A DNA stretch of 64,000 nt from a bacterium (GCA_023512255.1 JAILZY010000009.1:4011-68010); one strand, 5' to 3'; positions 8,919-19,885 are shown, counted from the first letter of the stretch. The notes: generated from the sequence alone by a model not told the origin. Numbers and translations are program-made.

Positions 8919-10943
8919 TTATTCAAAATTCTGCTGGCTCTCGATTTCTATTTTCGCCCGATTGGTGCAATCTTCATCTGGGACATCTTTGAGAGAGCCG
9001 GAAAGTTTACTCACCTTTTTCCAAACCCTGATAAATACATTGACAATAGCTGGGTCAAACTGGGTTCCAGCACACCTTCGAAGCTCTTGGAGTGCCTCTT
9101 CCGGCCTCTGAGCCTGTCGGTAGGGTCGATCAGAGGTCATGGCATCAAAAGCGTCGGCTACAGCCAATATACGGGTTTCTATCGAAACCTGGCTAGGTCC
9201 AAGGCCATCAGGATATCCTCTCCCATCATACCTCTCATGGTGATGCTTGATTCCCTCTCTGACCTCTTTCAGAAAGCTGATGTGATCGATAATCTTACTG
9301 CCAATCAAGGAGTGTTCTCGAACCATAGCCACCTCATCGGGAGACAGAGTCATTTCTTTGTGAAGGATGTTGAGGCTTACTCCGATCTTGCCGACATCAT
9401 GCAGGATACTAGCATGTCGCAGTATCTCCAGACTTTTTTCCGGCAGTCCAAGCTCTCTGGCAATTAGCAGGCTAAGTTCCGTAACTCGCTCTGAATGGCC
9501 GTAGGTATAGGGGTCTTTAGCCTCAATGGCATTGACCAGAGCACGGATAGTATCGAAATAGCTTTTCTTCAGATCATTATATAGGTTAAAGTTTTCAACT
9601 GCTACCGCAGCCTCACTAGCAATGGTGGTCAGAAGTTCAAAGTCATCGAGGGTAAATGGGGTATTCGATTGCTTATCAATCATGCCGATAACTCCCATAA
9701 TTCGATCCTTGGTGTATAGAGGAACGTACAGGACAGAGCGGGGCATGTGGTTTTTGATCTCTTCGATATGGAATCTGCCATCTTGGGAGAAATGAGGGAT
9801 TAATACAGACTTTCCGGTATCGAAAACATGCTGGGCAATTTTCTGATTTAGCAGATCTTCTCCTGGGTTTAAGCCACTACGCAGGATATGGCTTACCTTC
9901 AATTGATTCAGATCGCGATCAAAGATTGACAGGTAGCCTGAGGCTCCATTCAGGATGTTAGTCGTCATCTTGAGCACAGAGCTCAGCAATTGGTCAAGAT
10001 CGGCTACTGAGCCGATCTCCTTGGCAATATTATTTAAGGTGGTAAGAATGTCAATCGTTCGCTCAAGCTGGATATTCTTTTCCTCAATTTGCCGTTTATA
10101 TTTTAGTTCCTCCTCTGCTCTGACCAGAGCCTGCTCCCGTCGAAGGTCCCGCTCGTGAAGTTCGCTGATCTCCGAGATCATGTAATTGAAGGTATTCCCC
10201 AGTTTCCCAAGCTCATCCGTAGTGTTTAAAAGCACGCGGGCATCCCAGTTGCCCCGGCGGACAATGTTCATCACCTCCATCAGGGAGTGAATCGGCTTGG
10301 CGACCAGCTTCGAAAGCAGGAAATATATGGAGATACCGATCAGAAAAAGAGTTACCACTGCCGAGAGGATAATGAAAAACCGGCTCTCCATAAGAGGAAC
10401 CCTCATCCAGGCGATTGATATCCGAACCTGGAGTATCCCCATAAACTTATCTTCATTGCTATGGCAAGCATAACAGTTACTTTTGCCAATAATCGGCTTC
10501 AGTATGGAAATACTAGTATAATCAGGGGTGAGCTCGATTAGCTCATTTTTCCCTTGATTTATAAAGGATAAATCCACCTTGTCCAAAACAGTGCCTACTT
10601 CATTGATATCGCCAGAGGCAATGATCTTTTTCTGGTCATCAATGATCCTGACATCCTCCATATCGACCTCATTGGCGATATTGTTAAGCAAATCCTTTAC
10701 ATCTTCATGTTTCCCGATCAGCATTGAGTGGTTAATACTTGTTTCAAGGGTTTGAGCAATCTCCAAAATACGTTTTTTGGCCCCTTCCACAAAGTATCCT
10801 GTCTGCATGAGTAGGCTGATATAGGTCGATATGCTGATCCAGACAGCAACCACCATAATAGTGGACAGAATAATCTTAGATTGAAGTCGCTGACGAGGGC
10901 GGTGGATAAGATAATCGGCTAAGAATCTCGAGACCTTGAGCAT
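8919..10943 (-). CDS. Membrane HD-GYP phosphodiesterase (periplasmic CXXCH sensor, HAMP, GAF, HD-GYP)
   Basis: Two TM helices flanking CYACH; HAMP DELGKLGNTFNYM; GAF; AKDPYTYGHSERV, LHDVGKIG, HHERYDGRGYPDGL, VADAFDAMTSDRPYR. Confidence 0.9.
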   Translation of the reverse strand: MLKVSRFLADYLIHRPRQRLQSKIILSTIMVVAVWISISTYISLLMQTGYFVEGAKKRILEIAQTLETSINHSMLIGKHEDVKDLLNNIANEVDMEDVRIIDDQKKIIASGDINEVGTVLDKVDLSFINQGKNELIELTPDYTSISILKPIIGKSNCYACHSNEDKFMGILQVRISIAWMRVPLMESRFFIILSAVVTLFLIGISIYFLLSKLVAKPIHSLMEVMNIVRRGNWDARVLLNTTDELGKLGNTFNYMISEISELHERDLRREQALVRAEEELKYKRQIEEKNIQLERTIDILTTLNNIAKEIGSVADLDQLLSSVLKMTTNILNGASGYLSIFDRDLNQLKVSHILRSGLNPGEDLLNQKIAQHVFDTGKSVLIPHFSQDGRFHIEEIKNHMPRSVLYVPLYTKDRIMGVIGMIDKQSNTPFTLDDFELLTTIASEAAVAVENFNLYNDLKKSYFDTIRALVNAIEAKDPYTYGHSERVTELSLLIARELGLPEKSLEILRHASILHDVGKIGVSLNILHKEMTLSPDEVAMVREHSLIGSKIIDHISFLKEVREGIKHHHERYDGRGYPDGLGPSQVSIETRILAVADAFDAMTSDRPYRQAQRPEEALQELRRCAGTQFDPAIVNVFIRVWKKVSKLSGSLKDVPDEDCTNRAKIEIESQQNFE

Positions 10944-10988
10944 AAAATCATTACCACCTGATTTGAGAGTATATTTTACTACCCAGAA

Positions 10989-13127
10989 TCAACATAACCA
11001 GCATCTCACCCAGTGATCCTTTTCCCTCTCCAGCAATTCAGGGTTTTCCTCTCGGCACCGCTTCTCTGCCCGTGGGCAGCGAGGATAGAATCGACATCCC
11101 GGTGGCAAATTGATCGGCGAGGGCACATCTCCGCTCAAGGGGGGCTGTCTGCCCCGAAGTGAGGGATCGGTTACCGGATTGGAAGAGAGCAGGGCCAAAG
11201 TGTATGGATGGGCGGCTATTTTTACCAGCTTGTCAGCCGGCATCTGTTCCACGATCTGCCCTAGATACATAATGGCGATTTTATGGGAAATATGCTCTAC
11301 TACAGCAAGATTATGAGCAATAAAAAGATAGGAAAGATTCATCTCTTCCTGTAATTTTTGCAGCAGGTTGATAATCTGGGCCTGGATGGAAACATCAAGA
11401 GCCGACACTGCCTCGTCGCAGACGATAAATTCAGGGCTCAAGGCCAAAGCCCGAGCAATGCCGATCCGCTGACGCTGTCCGCCGGAAAATTCATGGGGAT
11501 AGCGGTTGATATAAGAAGGTGATAATCCGACCTTAGCAAAGAGATTTTCAACCAATGCCCGACGCTCGCGGCCGCGGGCGATTCCATGAGCAGTCAGGGC
11601 CTCTCCAACAATATTGCCTACGGTCAACCGCGGATTGAGCGAAGAGTAGGGATCTTGGAAAATGATCTGCATTTTTTGTCGTATCTTCCGTAAAGCTTCT
11701 CCCTTGAGAGAATACAGAGAGGTCCCCTTAAACAAAACATCTCCCGAGGTTGGCTCCATAAGCCTCAGTATCAGCCGGCCAACCGTGGTTTTCCCACAGC
11801 CCGACTCACCCACAAGCCCCAGGGTCTGCCCATGATTAATGCTCAATGACAAGCCATCGACAGCCTTGACCACAGCCTTGGTTCTTCTCCAAAATCCACG
11901 CCTTATGGGAAAGAACTTCCGTAGGTTCCTGACCTCTATGATTTTCTCAAAAGATCTGGCTGGCGAATATGGTCCACTTCCTATAAGTGCTGATCCTCTA
12001 TCATCTAAACGCTCACCCTCCACTAGTGCCAGTTGCCCATCCTTCTGCTGCCCCTGGCTATCTTCCTGTAGGGAGATAATAACCTTACCCTCCTTGCCAT
12101 CATCCCTTGATGATGAGCAAGGGAGGCCTTTGATCCTGTCGCCACCAGCTTTGCTGACTCTCCAGCAGGCTACCCAGCGGTTTGAGTCAATCTGGACAAG
12201 ATCTGGCTCCTCTTGTCGGCATCTTTGATCAGCCAAGGAACAGCGGGGCCAGAATTTACATCCTGGGGGAAAGTTCAAGGGATTTGGCACCTGTCCCTGA
12301 ATAGCCTCAAGGCGCCGCCCCCGTCCCCCAAGACAAGGCAGTGAATGGAACAAGCCGATAGTATAAGGGTGCAGAGGCTGTCTGAACAGCTCTTCGACAG
12401 TAGCCTGCTCAACTACCCGTGAGGCATACATTACCGCCACCTGATGGGCCATCTCGGCAATAACACCAAGGTCATGGGTGATCAGCAGAATAGACATTCC
12501 CATCTCCTGCTGCAATTGATAGAGGAGGTTGATGATCTGAGCCTGCATGGTTACATCTAGGGCTGTGGTAGGCTCATCGGCAATCAGCACCTGCGGGTTG
12601 CAGGCAATAGCCATGCCGATCATGGCTCGCTGTTTCATCCCTCCAGACATCTGATGAGGATATTCATCAATTCGAATCTGCGGTGAAGGGATACCGACCT
12701 TGGACATAATGTCGAGGGTACGCTCTCTGGCTTCGGCCCGGCTAAGCATTCGGTGGGTAATAAGGGTTTCCATGATCTGCTCTCCGATCCGAAAAACTGG
12801 ATTCAAGGAGGTCATAGGCTCCTGGAAAATCATCCCGATATTGTTACCCCGCACCTTTTGCATCGCCTGCTCAGGCAGATCAAGGAGGTTCTTCCCCTGG
12901 AATATTACCTGGCCGCCGGCAATTCTCCCGGACGGCGGCTTGATTAGGCGCATGATCGAAAGCGAGGTAACGGTTTTTCCGCAGCCTGATTCCCCGATAA
13001 TGCCAAGGGTTTCCCCGCGGGACAGGGTTAGATTGATCCCATCTACCGCCCTAATTTCACCTTGGGAAGTGCGAAAGTAGGTTTTAAGATTTTTGATTTC
13101 TAGTAAGATTTCCTTATCTTGGGACAT
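10989..13127 (-). CDS. Fused OppD/OppF-type oligopeptide ABC ATPase
   Basis: Two GESGCGKT Walker A motifs, YPHQMSGG and YPHEFSGG, two Cys-rich HPY tails. Confidence 0.9.
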   Translation of the reverse strand: MSQDKEILLEIKNLKTYFRTSQGEIRAVDGINLTLSRGETLGIIGESGCGKTVTSLSIMRLIKPPSGRIAGGQVIFQGKNLLDLPEQAMQKVRGNNIGMIFQEPMTSLNPVFRIGEQIMETLITHRMLSRAEARERTLDIMSKVGIPSPQIRIDEYPHQMSGGMKQRAMIGMAIACNPQVLIADEPTTALDVTMQAQIINLLYQLQQEMGMSILLITHDLGVIAEMAHQVAVMYASRVVEQATVEELFRQPLHPYTIGLFHSLPCLGGRGRRLEAIQGQVPNPLNFPPGCKFWPRCSLADQRCRQEEPDLVQIDSNRWVACWRVSKAGGDRIKGLPCSSSRDDGKEGKVIISLQEDSQGQQKDGQLALVEGERLDDRGSALIGSGPYSPARSFEKIIEVRNLRKFFPIRRGFWRRTKAVVKAVDGLSLSINHGQTLGLVGESGCGKTTVGRLILRLMEPTSGDVLFKGTSLYSLKGEALRKIRQKMQIIFQDPYSSLNPRLTVGNIVGEALTAHGIARGRERRALVENLFAKVGLSPSYINRYPHEFSGGQRQRIGIARALALSPEFIVCDEAVSALDVSIQAQIINLLQKLQEEMNLSYLFIAHNLAVVEHISHKIAIMYLGQIVEQMPADKLVKIAAHPYTLALLSSNPVTDPSLRGRQPPLSGDVPSPINLPPGCRFYPRCPRAEKRCREENPELLEREKDHWVRCWLC

Positions 13128-13156
13128 ATTCTCTTGCTTTAGCTATTTAATGCTCA

Positions 13157-14131
13157 TTATCGCTCTCGCAGCCTTGGGTTTAGTGCCTCGCGCAATCCTT
13201 CCCCGAACAGATTAAAGGCTAGTACCGTAAGCAGAATGGCTGTGCCAGAGGCAATAAACAGCCAGGGAGCATCAAAGATAAATTCCTTACCGTCAGATAG
13301 GATATTGCCCCAGGAGGCTGCCGGTGGAGGAACCCCAAAGCCGAGGAAGCTTAAGCTTGACTCGGTCAGGATGGCGCTAGCCACTTCAATGGTCGCTGTA
13401 ACCAAAACTGGCGCGATGGCATTTGGGACCATATGAACAAACATAATTTTCAGCTTCGAGAGGCCAAGGGCCTCGGCCGCGACTACAAAATCCTGTTTTT
13501 TCAAAGCCAGAAATTCAGCCCGCACAAATCGGGCAATAGGTGGCCAACTGGTTAGCCCAATGACTATCATGATGTTCCAGATACTAGGGGGCAGCAGAGC
13601 AACTACAGTCAGAATCAGAAAGAATGAGGGGAAGCAGAGCATAATGTCAACCACGCGCATGATGATCGAATCAACATAGTAGCCTGAGTAGCCAGCCAGG
13701 GCCCCCAGAACGATACCCAGCACAACCGAAATGCCTACCGAGATAAACCCTACCAACAGGGATACATGAGCCCCCTGAAGCATCCTGGCTAGGACATCCC
13801 GACCTAGCTTGTCAGTGCCCAAAAGGTAGATGCCAAATAGTGGGCGATCCTCTGGTGCCAGAACAGACTCATTGGCTTTGGTTAGGGGAGGCTTTAGGGT
13901 ATCGACCAGCCGGACCTTCTCTGGATCCATGATCGGCTGGCGGCCTTCAGTCAAAATAAGGCCAGCAGCAGCAATAAAGAAAAAAATGGACAAAAGGCCT
14001 AGTCCCCAAAGAGCCAGGGAATTGGTCCTAAGTTGCCTCCACAGGTCCCTCAGGCCACTAACCTGGGGAAGCAGCAACTCTTGCTCTGGCTGCGGAGCGG
14101 AAAGATTAACTGATGATCCATTTTTTTCCAT
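13157..14131 (-). CDS. oppC: Oligopeptide ABC permease (OppC/DppC)
   Basis: LGTDKLGRDV, LSFLGFG, WGNIL, FNLFGEGLREALNP. Confidence 0.88.
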   Translation of the reverse strand: MEKNGSSVNLSAPQPEQELLLPQVSGLRDLWRQLRTNSLALWGLGLLSIFFFIAAAGLILTEGRQPIMDPEKVRLVDTLKPPLTKANESVLAPEDRPLFGIYLLGTDKLGRDVLARMLQGAHVSLLVGFISVGISVVLGIVLGALAGYSGYYVDSIIMRVVDIMLCFPSFFLILTVVALLPPSIWNIMIVIGLTSWPPIARFVRAEFLALKKQDFVVAAEALGLSKLKIMFVHMVPNAIAPVLVTATIEVASAILTESSLSFLGFGVPPPAASWGNILSDGKEFIFDAPWLFIASGTAILLTVLAFNLFGEGLREALNPRLRER

Positions 14132-14193
14132 GATTATTAAAACCTATTAATATATTTTATATAATATGTTCTTCATCTAAAGTGCTTATTTTC

Positions 14194-15171
14194 TTAGCCT
14201 TTCGATTCCGAGATTAGGGAAATTCTCGGGTCAACCACCATATATAGGAGGTCAGAAATAAAGGTGCCAACCAGGACCAGACAAGCGGCGATAAAGTTTA
14301 GACTCAGGATAAGTGGATAGTCTCTGGCCAAGATAGCGTCATAGCCAAGTCTTCCCATACCCGGCCAGGAAAAAATTGATTCGATAATAACTGATCCTCC
14401 GATCAGACCAGGCAGGGTCAACCCAAACATGGTAACAAAGGGAAGCAGAGCATTGCGCAGAGCGTGCTTGTAGTAAACCGTATCCGGCGGCAATCCCTTG
14501 GCCAGGGCAGTGCGAACATAATCCTGCTCGATGACCTCAAGCATCTGGCTCCTTACATATCGGGACAGAATGGCTATTCCCCCTATGGCGCTCAAGACCG
14601 AGGGCAGTACCAGGTGCCAGATGCGGTCGTTGATCAGATACCACCAGCTTACTGATTCTCGACCGAAGGTCTGCAATCCGATTACCGGCACGTTAAAGAC
14701 TTTGACTATGAAGATGATCAACACATAAGCCAGAAAGAAGGATGGCAGAGAAATGAAAAAATAAGAAAAGAAGGTGGTCGAGCGGTCGAAAAGAGACTGG
14801 CGACGCAGCGCAGCCTGGATTCCAAGAGGGAAAGCCAGACACCAGGTCAGCAGGGTTCCTACCAGAAAGAGTGGCAGGCTGTTGAGAAATCGTTCCGTGA
14901 TTTTTTTCAATACCGGCTGATTATCTTTATATGATCGCAGCTCATTAGTGAATAGCTTTTTATAAAACAGGTAATACTGAACGGGCAAAGGTTTGTCAAG
15001 GTCAAAGGCCTTGCGCAGCCGCTGAATATCCTCTTGGGTAAATTTAGGATTCAGCGGGTCAATTTCTGATGGATCTCCAGGGGCAAGCATCACCACACTG
15101 AATGAAATTATGGAAATAAAAAATAAGGTGATTAATTTTTCAACCAGACTTTTGGCCCAAAAAGAAAACAT
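14194..15171 (-). CDS. oppB: Oligopeptide ABC permease (OppB/DppB)
   Basis: APGDP, DYVRTALAKGL, HALRNA, ESIFSWPGMG, RDYP, DLLY.VDPRI. Confidence 0.88.
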   Translation of the reverse strand: MFSFWAKSLVEKLITLFFISIISFSVVMLAPGDPSEIDPLNPKFTQEDIQRLRKAFDLDKPLPVQYYLFYKKLFTNELRSYKDNQPVLKKITERFLNSLPLFLVGTLLTWCLAFPLGIQAALRRQSLFDRSTTFFSYFFISLPSFFLAYVLIIFIVKVFNVPVIGLQTFGRESVSWWYLINDRIWHLVLPSVLSAIGGIAILSRYVRSQMLEVIEQDYVRTALAKGLPPDTVYYKHALRNALLPFVTMFGLTLPGLIGGSVIIESIFSWPGMGRLGYDAILARDYPLILSLNFIAACLVLVGTFISDLLYMVVDPRISLISESKG

Positions 15172-15236
15172 GGCTCTTGTCTCTCCTGCCTCCTTGGTTA
15201 TTATTTTATGCTTATTATTTTACTAAAATTTTATTT

Positions 15237-17435
15237 TTATTCAAACCCTGTACTAAAGACCGGATCTTGTGGAAATTTGATCCACTTGTTAAAATAAAAG
15301 CTATAGTTACCCGTTTTCGTAGGGGTAATTCTCTTGATGATTTCCCGCCCTTGATCATCCCTTTCCAGGATAGCGATTTTTTTATCTAACAGGGCTGTCC
15401 AGCGTCCGACATAGAGGAAAGTATAGGGCTGATCATCGTAAATAATTTCATGTAATTTATGACAATATTCAATCTGTTTTTTCTCGTCATACTCTTGGCG
15501 AATTTTGAGAATCAAATCATCGGCCTGAGGGTTGTTATAGCCAACGAAATTGAGCTGATAATTTCCCGACTGACTGGAGTGCCAGATCTGATATAGATCA
15601 GGCTCAATTCCCATGCTCCATCCTAGCACCACAGCATCGAAATTGCCCACATTGATATGCTTTTCCAGAAAGACCGACCATTCCACACGATCCGCAGAGA
15701 CCTTCATCCCAAGCTTTTTCCAAGCATTCTGAGCAATGATCAAAATAGCCTCACGGTAAGGATTCCCATTATTAGTAATAATGCTGAACTCAAAATATTT
15801 CCCGCCCTTGCGCAAAAAGCCCTGCTCGTCACGCTCCCAGCCTGCTTCTCGCAAAAGCTGCAATGCCCCATCAGGATCATAGGGCAGTGGCTTGACCTCA
15901 TGGTTATAAAACTCTGTCTGCTTGAGAAAAGGGCCGGTGGTAGCCTCTCCCTCTCCATAGAGCACATATTGGATAATATCTGGAATATTAATAGCCATGG
16001 TCAAGGCCTTTCTTACCCTTTTATCCTGAAAAAGCTCGCGACGCAGATTATAGCCGATGTAGGTATAGCTGAAGGAGAGGCCGGAAAAATTTTGAAACCT
16101 GCTGTCTTTCTTTAGCCGATTAACCTGATGGACCCGAGCTTCGTAATGATCGGTTGCTCCGGCATAAAATTCAAGCTCCTGCGTCAGCATATCCGGTATC
16201 ACTCGCCAGATAAATTCCCGGTAGTGGGGTGCACCTTCCCAATAATTTTCATTTCTGACCAGTTTGATATACTGATCGGAACGCCACTCAACAAAGGTAA
16301 ATGGACCTGTACCTATGGGCCGCAGTTTGTTAAAATCGCTTTGGCGCATAGTAAATTCAGCCGGATCAAGGTTTTTTCCCCGAGCCTCCCTGGCCAGGCT
16401 TTCCTTGTTGAGCAGATGCTCTGGCAATATGCCAATCCCCCAGGCAGTAATTGCCGGCTGAAACAGCCGTTTATAGGTAATTTTCACCCGGTATTTATCG
16501 AGCACTTCCAGTGTCTTGACTGGCTCAAAATCAGGTATCCGGGGTGAGCGGTTAGCAGGATCCATGATTGACTCGTAGGTAAACCGCACATCATCGGCAT
16601 CAAATTCATGCCCATCGGAAAATCTTACCCCACGGCGGAGATTGAAGATAATAACCGGATTATGTTCAACCACTGGTAGATACTGGCTCAGATAGGCTGT
16701 CCGGCGCTCAGGCGTATCGTAGACAGGAGGGTCGATGGCTAAATAAGGTGAAAGCCGTTTCTGATTGAAATACCCACTACCCAGCAGGGGCTCAAGCTGA
16801 GTGAAAAAATCCTGATTCACCTCGCGCAAGGTAGCCTTAATTCGCGCTGGATAGCGAATGCTAACTTTGATCTTGATCTCCTTACCCTCACCCCCCTGTT
16901 CATTTGCTTCCTGCTCGGATACGACCCTCTCTTCGGTGCATGGGGGCAGAATATCAAGATGATCTATGTTTCTTAGGAAGGAATTCTCCGGCTGAGGAGA
17001 TGAGGCCGCTCTTTCAATAGCTTCCTTTACCGCCTCAGGGGTTGAAAGCCCTTTGCTGATCCAAACAGGATCGTCATTAACTACAAAGTAAACCTCTTCA
17101 TAAATTTTCCAATCCGTAGCTAGACGGCCTCGCAGTTTAAGATTCTCATCTCGATCGATCAAGCCATCGAATATCTTTTCGCAGATTTCGCTACTGGCTG
17201 AGTCAGCATTCAAGATAGGATTGATTATGGCCACATCGCCAATCGAAGCAGAAATATATTGGGTAAGCCGTTGTGGATTGCCTCTAGTCTGATGATCATA
17301 ATTTGGAACCCAGAAATATGACTGGACCAGAATGGCCAAAACCACTGCTGGCAGAATGATTAATATCCGTTTGGCAATTGCACCACTCATCGACTTTTGA
17401 GAATTTTTCCCCCTCTTCAGCCCAGGGCTTACCAT
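15237..17435 (-). CDS. oppA: Family 5 peptide-binding protein (OppA-like) with a large insertion
   Basis: LRRGVRFSDGHEFDADDV.FT, PIGTGPF, F.DKRVRKAL.MAIN, N.VGYNNP..D. Confidence 0.85.
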   Translation of the reverse strand: MVSPGLKRGKNSQKSMSGAIAKRILIILPAVVLAILVQSYFWVPNYDHQTRGNPQRLTQYISASIGDVAIINPILNADSASSEICEKIFDGLIDRDENLKLRGRLATDWKIYEEVYFVVNDDPVWISKGLSTPEAVKEAIERAASSPQPENSFLRNIDHLDILPPCTEERVVSEQEANEQGGEGKEIKIKVSIRYPARIKATLREVNQDFFTQLEPLLGSGYFNQKRLSPYLAIDPPVYDTPERRTAYLSQYLPVVEHNPVIIFNLRRGVRFSDGHEFDADDVRFTYESIMDPANRSPRIPDFEPVKTLEVLDKYRVKITYKRLFQPAITAWGIGILPEHLLNKESLAREARGKNLDPAEFTMRQSDFNKLRPIGTGPFTFVEWRSDQYIKLVRNENYWEGAPHYREFIWRVIPDMLTQELEFYAGATDHYEARVHQVNRLKKDSRFQNFSGLSFSYTYIGYNLRRELFQDKRVRKALTMAINIPDIIQYVLYGEGEATTGPFLKQTEFYNHEVKPLPYDPDGALQLLREAGWERDEQGFLRKGGKYFEFSIITNNGNPYREAILIIAQNAWKKLGMKVSADRVEWSVFLEKHINVGNFDAVVLGWSMGIEPDLYQIWHSSQSGNYQLNFVGYNNPQADDLILKIRQEYDEKKQIEYCHKLHEIIYDDQPYTFLYVGRWTALLDKKIAILERDDQGREIIKRITPTKTGNYSFYFNKWIKFPQDPVFSTGFE

Positions 17436-17490
17436 GTTGTTGGTTCACCAGAGCTGAAAGGACCAATGTTCACTGATAATAAATAACTCT

Positions 17491-17519
17491 ATTGTAGATA
17501 ACTTATTCCCAAAAGTCAA
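17491..17519 (-). promoter_or_regulatory. Sigma70-type promoter for the opp operon
   Basis: Minus strand TTGACT-17 nt-TACAAT. Confidence 0.6.
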
Positions 17520-17700
17520 AATAATTCCAGCAATTATCTTGACAGTGTCAGATTTTCTTCTAGGTTCCGGCGCTTCAAGATCTTCTAACCAGGCTCTTCT
17601 TCCCACTCCAAAAAAGTTAATTCGCCTATCCCCCCTACTGGCTGGAGCTTGCTAGAATTTAGGCCGGCCGCTGCCGGAAGATAATAGCGCTCAGATATTC

Positions 17701-17846
17701 GCGCTGCGCGCCGTGGGGGGGCTAACCCTGCCTGATGTGCTTAATCAGTGAGATACCAGCCCTGTGCGCCCGAGGGTAGGACCCTGACAAGGTGGCCACT
17801 GTGGGGCACTCTATCACCAGCGCTGCGCCCGAGGGTAGAAACCTGA
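17701..17846. repeat. GC-rich repeats with ~61-bp period downstream of secG
   Basis: accagccctgtgcgcccgagggtaggaccctga (17755) and accagcgctgcgcccgagggtagaaacctga (17816); degenerate third copy near 17701. Confidence 0.65.
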
Positions 17847-17862
17847 TGCTGCGGCGGCAAAG

Positions 17863-17890
17863 CTACTTTCCCTGCTGCTTTGGTGCAGTT
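17863..17890 (-). repeat. 28-bp duplicate of the secG 3' end
   Basis: ctactttccctgctgctttggtgcagtt matches 17985-18012 with 1 mismatch. Confidence 0.8.
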
Positions 17891-17984
17891 TGGTTTTAGC
17901 TAGTCGCCAATACCTTGGCAGGATGCTTTCCCTGAGGTGCAGTCTACAAGACAGCTCAAGCCGCGATGAGGCCCCGCAGCTTTC

Positions 17985-18449
17985 CTACTTTCCCTGCTGC
18001 TGTGGTGCAGTTGCTGGAGTTTGCTGGATCGGTGCTGCCGGCTGCTGTGCAGATGGAGCCGGAATCTGCACCGGGGCGGATGATTGTTTTGGTGATGGAG
18101 CCGCAGGCTGCCCTGGCTGAGACTCAGGTTTAGCCGAAGGTGAGGGCTGCGCTGGCATTTTTGGAGACGCGGCCTGCTCTCCAGACTGAGGAGTAACATC
18201 TTGAATCAGAGACCTTTGCCTGTTCGATGACAGAACAGCCAGAGAAAGGGAGGTTAACATAAAAATCACCGCGCAGACCACGGTTGTTTTTTCCAAAAAT
18301 CCTGCCGCACCCTGGCTTCCAAAAGCCGTTTGACTTGATCCGCCGCCAAACACAGCTCCCATTTCACTTCCCTTGCCGGACTGTAAAATAATTACCAGAA
18401 TCATGATCACACTGACAATCAGATGAATAGCAATAAGGACACTATACAT
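17985..18449 (-). CDS. secG: Preprotein translocase subunit SecG with Pro/Gln/Ala-rich tail
   Basis: ILQSGKGSEMGAVFGGGSSQTAFGSQGA..FL.KTT...A..F. Confidence 0.95.
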   Translation of the reverse strand: MYSVLIAIHLIVSVIMILVIILQSGKGSEMGAVFGGGSSQTAFGSQGAAGFLEKTTVVCAVIFMLTSLSLAVLSSNRQRSLIQDVTPQSGEQAASPKMPAQPSPSAKPESQPGQPAAPSPKQSSAPVQIPAPSAQQPAAPIQQTPATAPQQQGK

Positions 18450-18642
18450 ATTTTTATCCTTCCATTGAATGTAACGTTAATCAGCTTTGAATTATATTGT
18501 ATTATTGACCATTCAATCCCCAAAAAGCACTCTTCATAATACCAGATTTTAACTTGTTTTTCCAGCAGAATTTTTTTGGCTTGCCGAAAGAGATTATCCC
18601 CGCATTTTCTACTACATTTTCTGCACCAGCCAGGCCAAATAA

Positions 18643-18720
18643 GGTAGTGCCCAGTCATATCGTAGGGGTAGTGCCCAGTTATATCGAAGGGTATGGCCTA
18701 GTCATATCGAAGGGTATGGG
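18643..18720. repeat. ~24-bp tandem repeat overlapping the permease stop codon
   Basis: ggtagtgcccagtcatatcgtagg / ggtagtgcccagttatatcgaagg / gtatggcctagtcatatcgaagg. Confidence 0.75.
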
Positions 18721-19885
18721 TTGGATCCTGCTTCGCAGCCAGGATAGCAGGATACGTTCCAAAGACAATGCCGATAAAGGAGGCGATAACCAAAGAGATG
18801 AGAAGTAATTTGAAAGAAAAAACAGGAGCAAATTGGGATAAATAACTAATCAATTTTGATCCAAAAAATCCTAGAATAGCACCGCCAAAGGCGCCAAATA
18901 TGCATAAAAGTATAGACTCAACCATAAACTGGAGCATAATCGATTTTTGGGTTGCTCCTAAGGCTCTGCGGATCCCTACCTCTTTTAGCCTTTCCGTAAC
19001 TGAGACCAGCATAATATTCAGAATGCCGATCCCGCCAACTAGTAGTGAAATACTGCTGATTGCCCAAAGGACGTATTCGAATATTTTGACAAATTTTTCC
19101 TGGGTTTTAAGAAGCTGCCGCTGGCTTTCTATTTCAAAGGAGGCTTCATCTCCGTATCGGGTTTGAAAGAATTGGCGAAGCTCAGCTATGGCCTTATTAG
19201 TATCCTGGGCATGGATATAGAGTGCGCTGAGCTCATCAGCATGAAAAAGACGCTGGACAAAAGGTAAGGGGACGAGGATTTCTCGCTCTATATTAATCAT
19301 TCCAATTATTAGTCTTTTAGGTTTGCTCAAGGTGCCAATGACCTTAAATTGATACCCCTGAATGGGAAGAGATTGGCCCAGCGGGGATTGGTCGTCAAAA
19401 ATAAAGTCGGCTACCTCGCTTCCAACCAGACAATATTGATTTTGAGACTCAAGATCGAAATTGGAAATAAGCCTTCCGCTGTTAACTTTAACCTTGAACA
19501 TCTCCTGGTATGATGGGGTAATTCCCACTACGGCGAAGCTTTCCGAATCTCCCTTGCGGTAGAACGAGGCTTGCTCCTTAACCACAGGGGAGACGATTGA
19601 AATCGAAGGGCACTCTTGCCTGATGGCTTCAACATCCTTAAGTGACAGCTTGGCACTTTTAAGCCTTGCCCCCCTTGGGGAGGTAGCCTTTGGCTGGACA
19701 CTAAGAATATCCGCCCCGAGCTCTTGAATACTCTCTATAGTTGCCCGTCTGGCCCCCTCGCCTATCGAATACATGAGAGAAAAGGATCCAATACCAATGA
19801 CAATACCTAAAATTGAAAGGATAGAACGCAAGCGATGGCTCCAGAGGCTATGCCAGGCAGTATCAATAAGGTCATAGGTCAGCAC
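18698..19885 (-). CDS. MacB/FtsX-like ABC permease
   Basis: RSILSILGIVIGI, ISLLVGGIGILNIMLVSVTER..E.GIRRALGA, QFM.ES, FGTYPA..AA..DP...LRYD. Confidence 0.92.
   Translation of the reverse strand: MLTYDLIDTAWHSLWSHRLRSILSILGIVIGIGSFSLMYSIGEGARRATIESIQELGADILSVQPKATSPRGARLKSAKLSLKDVEAIRQECPSISIVSPVVKEQASFYRKGDSESFAVVGITPSYQEMFKVKVNSGRLISNFDLESQNQYCLVGSEVADFIFDDQSPLGQSLPIQGYQFKVIGTLSKPKRLIIGMINIEREILVPLPFVQRLFHADELSALYIHAQDTNKAIAELRQFFQTRYGDEASFEIESQRQLLKTQEKFVKIFEYVLWAISSISLLVGGIGILNIMLVSVTERLKEVGIRRALGATQKSIMLQFMVESILLCIFGAFGGAILGFFGSKLISYLSQFAPVFSFKLLLISLVIASFIGIVFGTYPAILAAKQDPTHTLRYD

Noticed and set aside
17560-17980. tRNA-Leu downstream of secG
   Set aside because: No T-arm GGTTCRA motif or cloverleaf found on either strand
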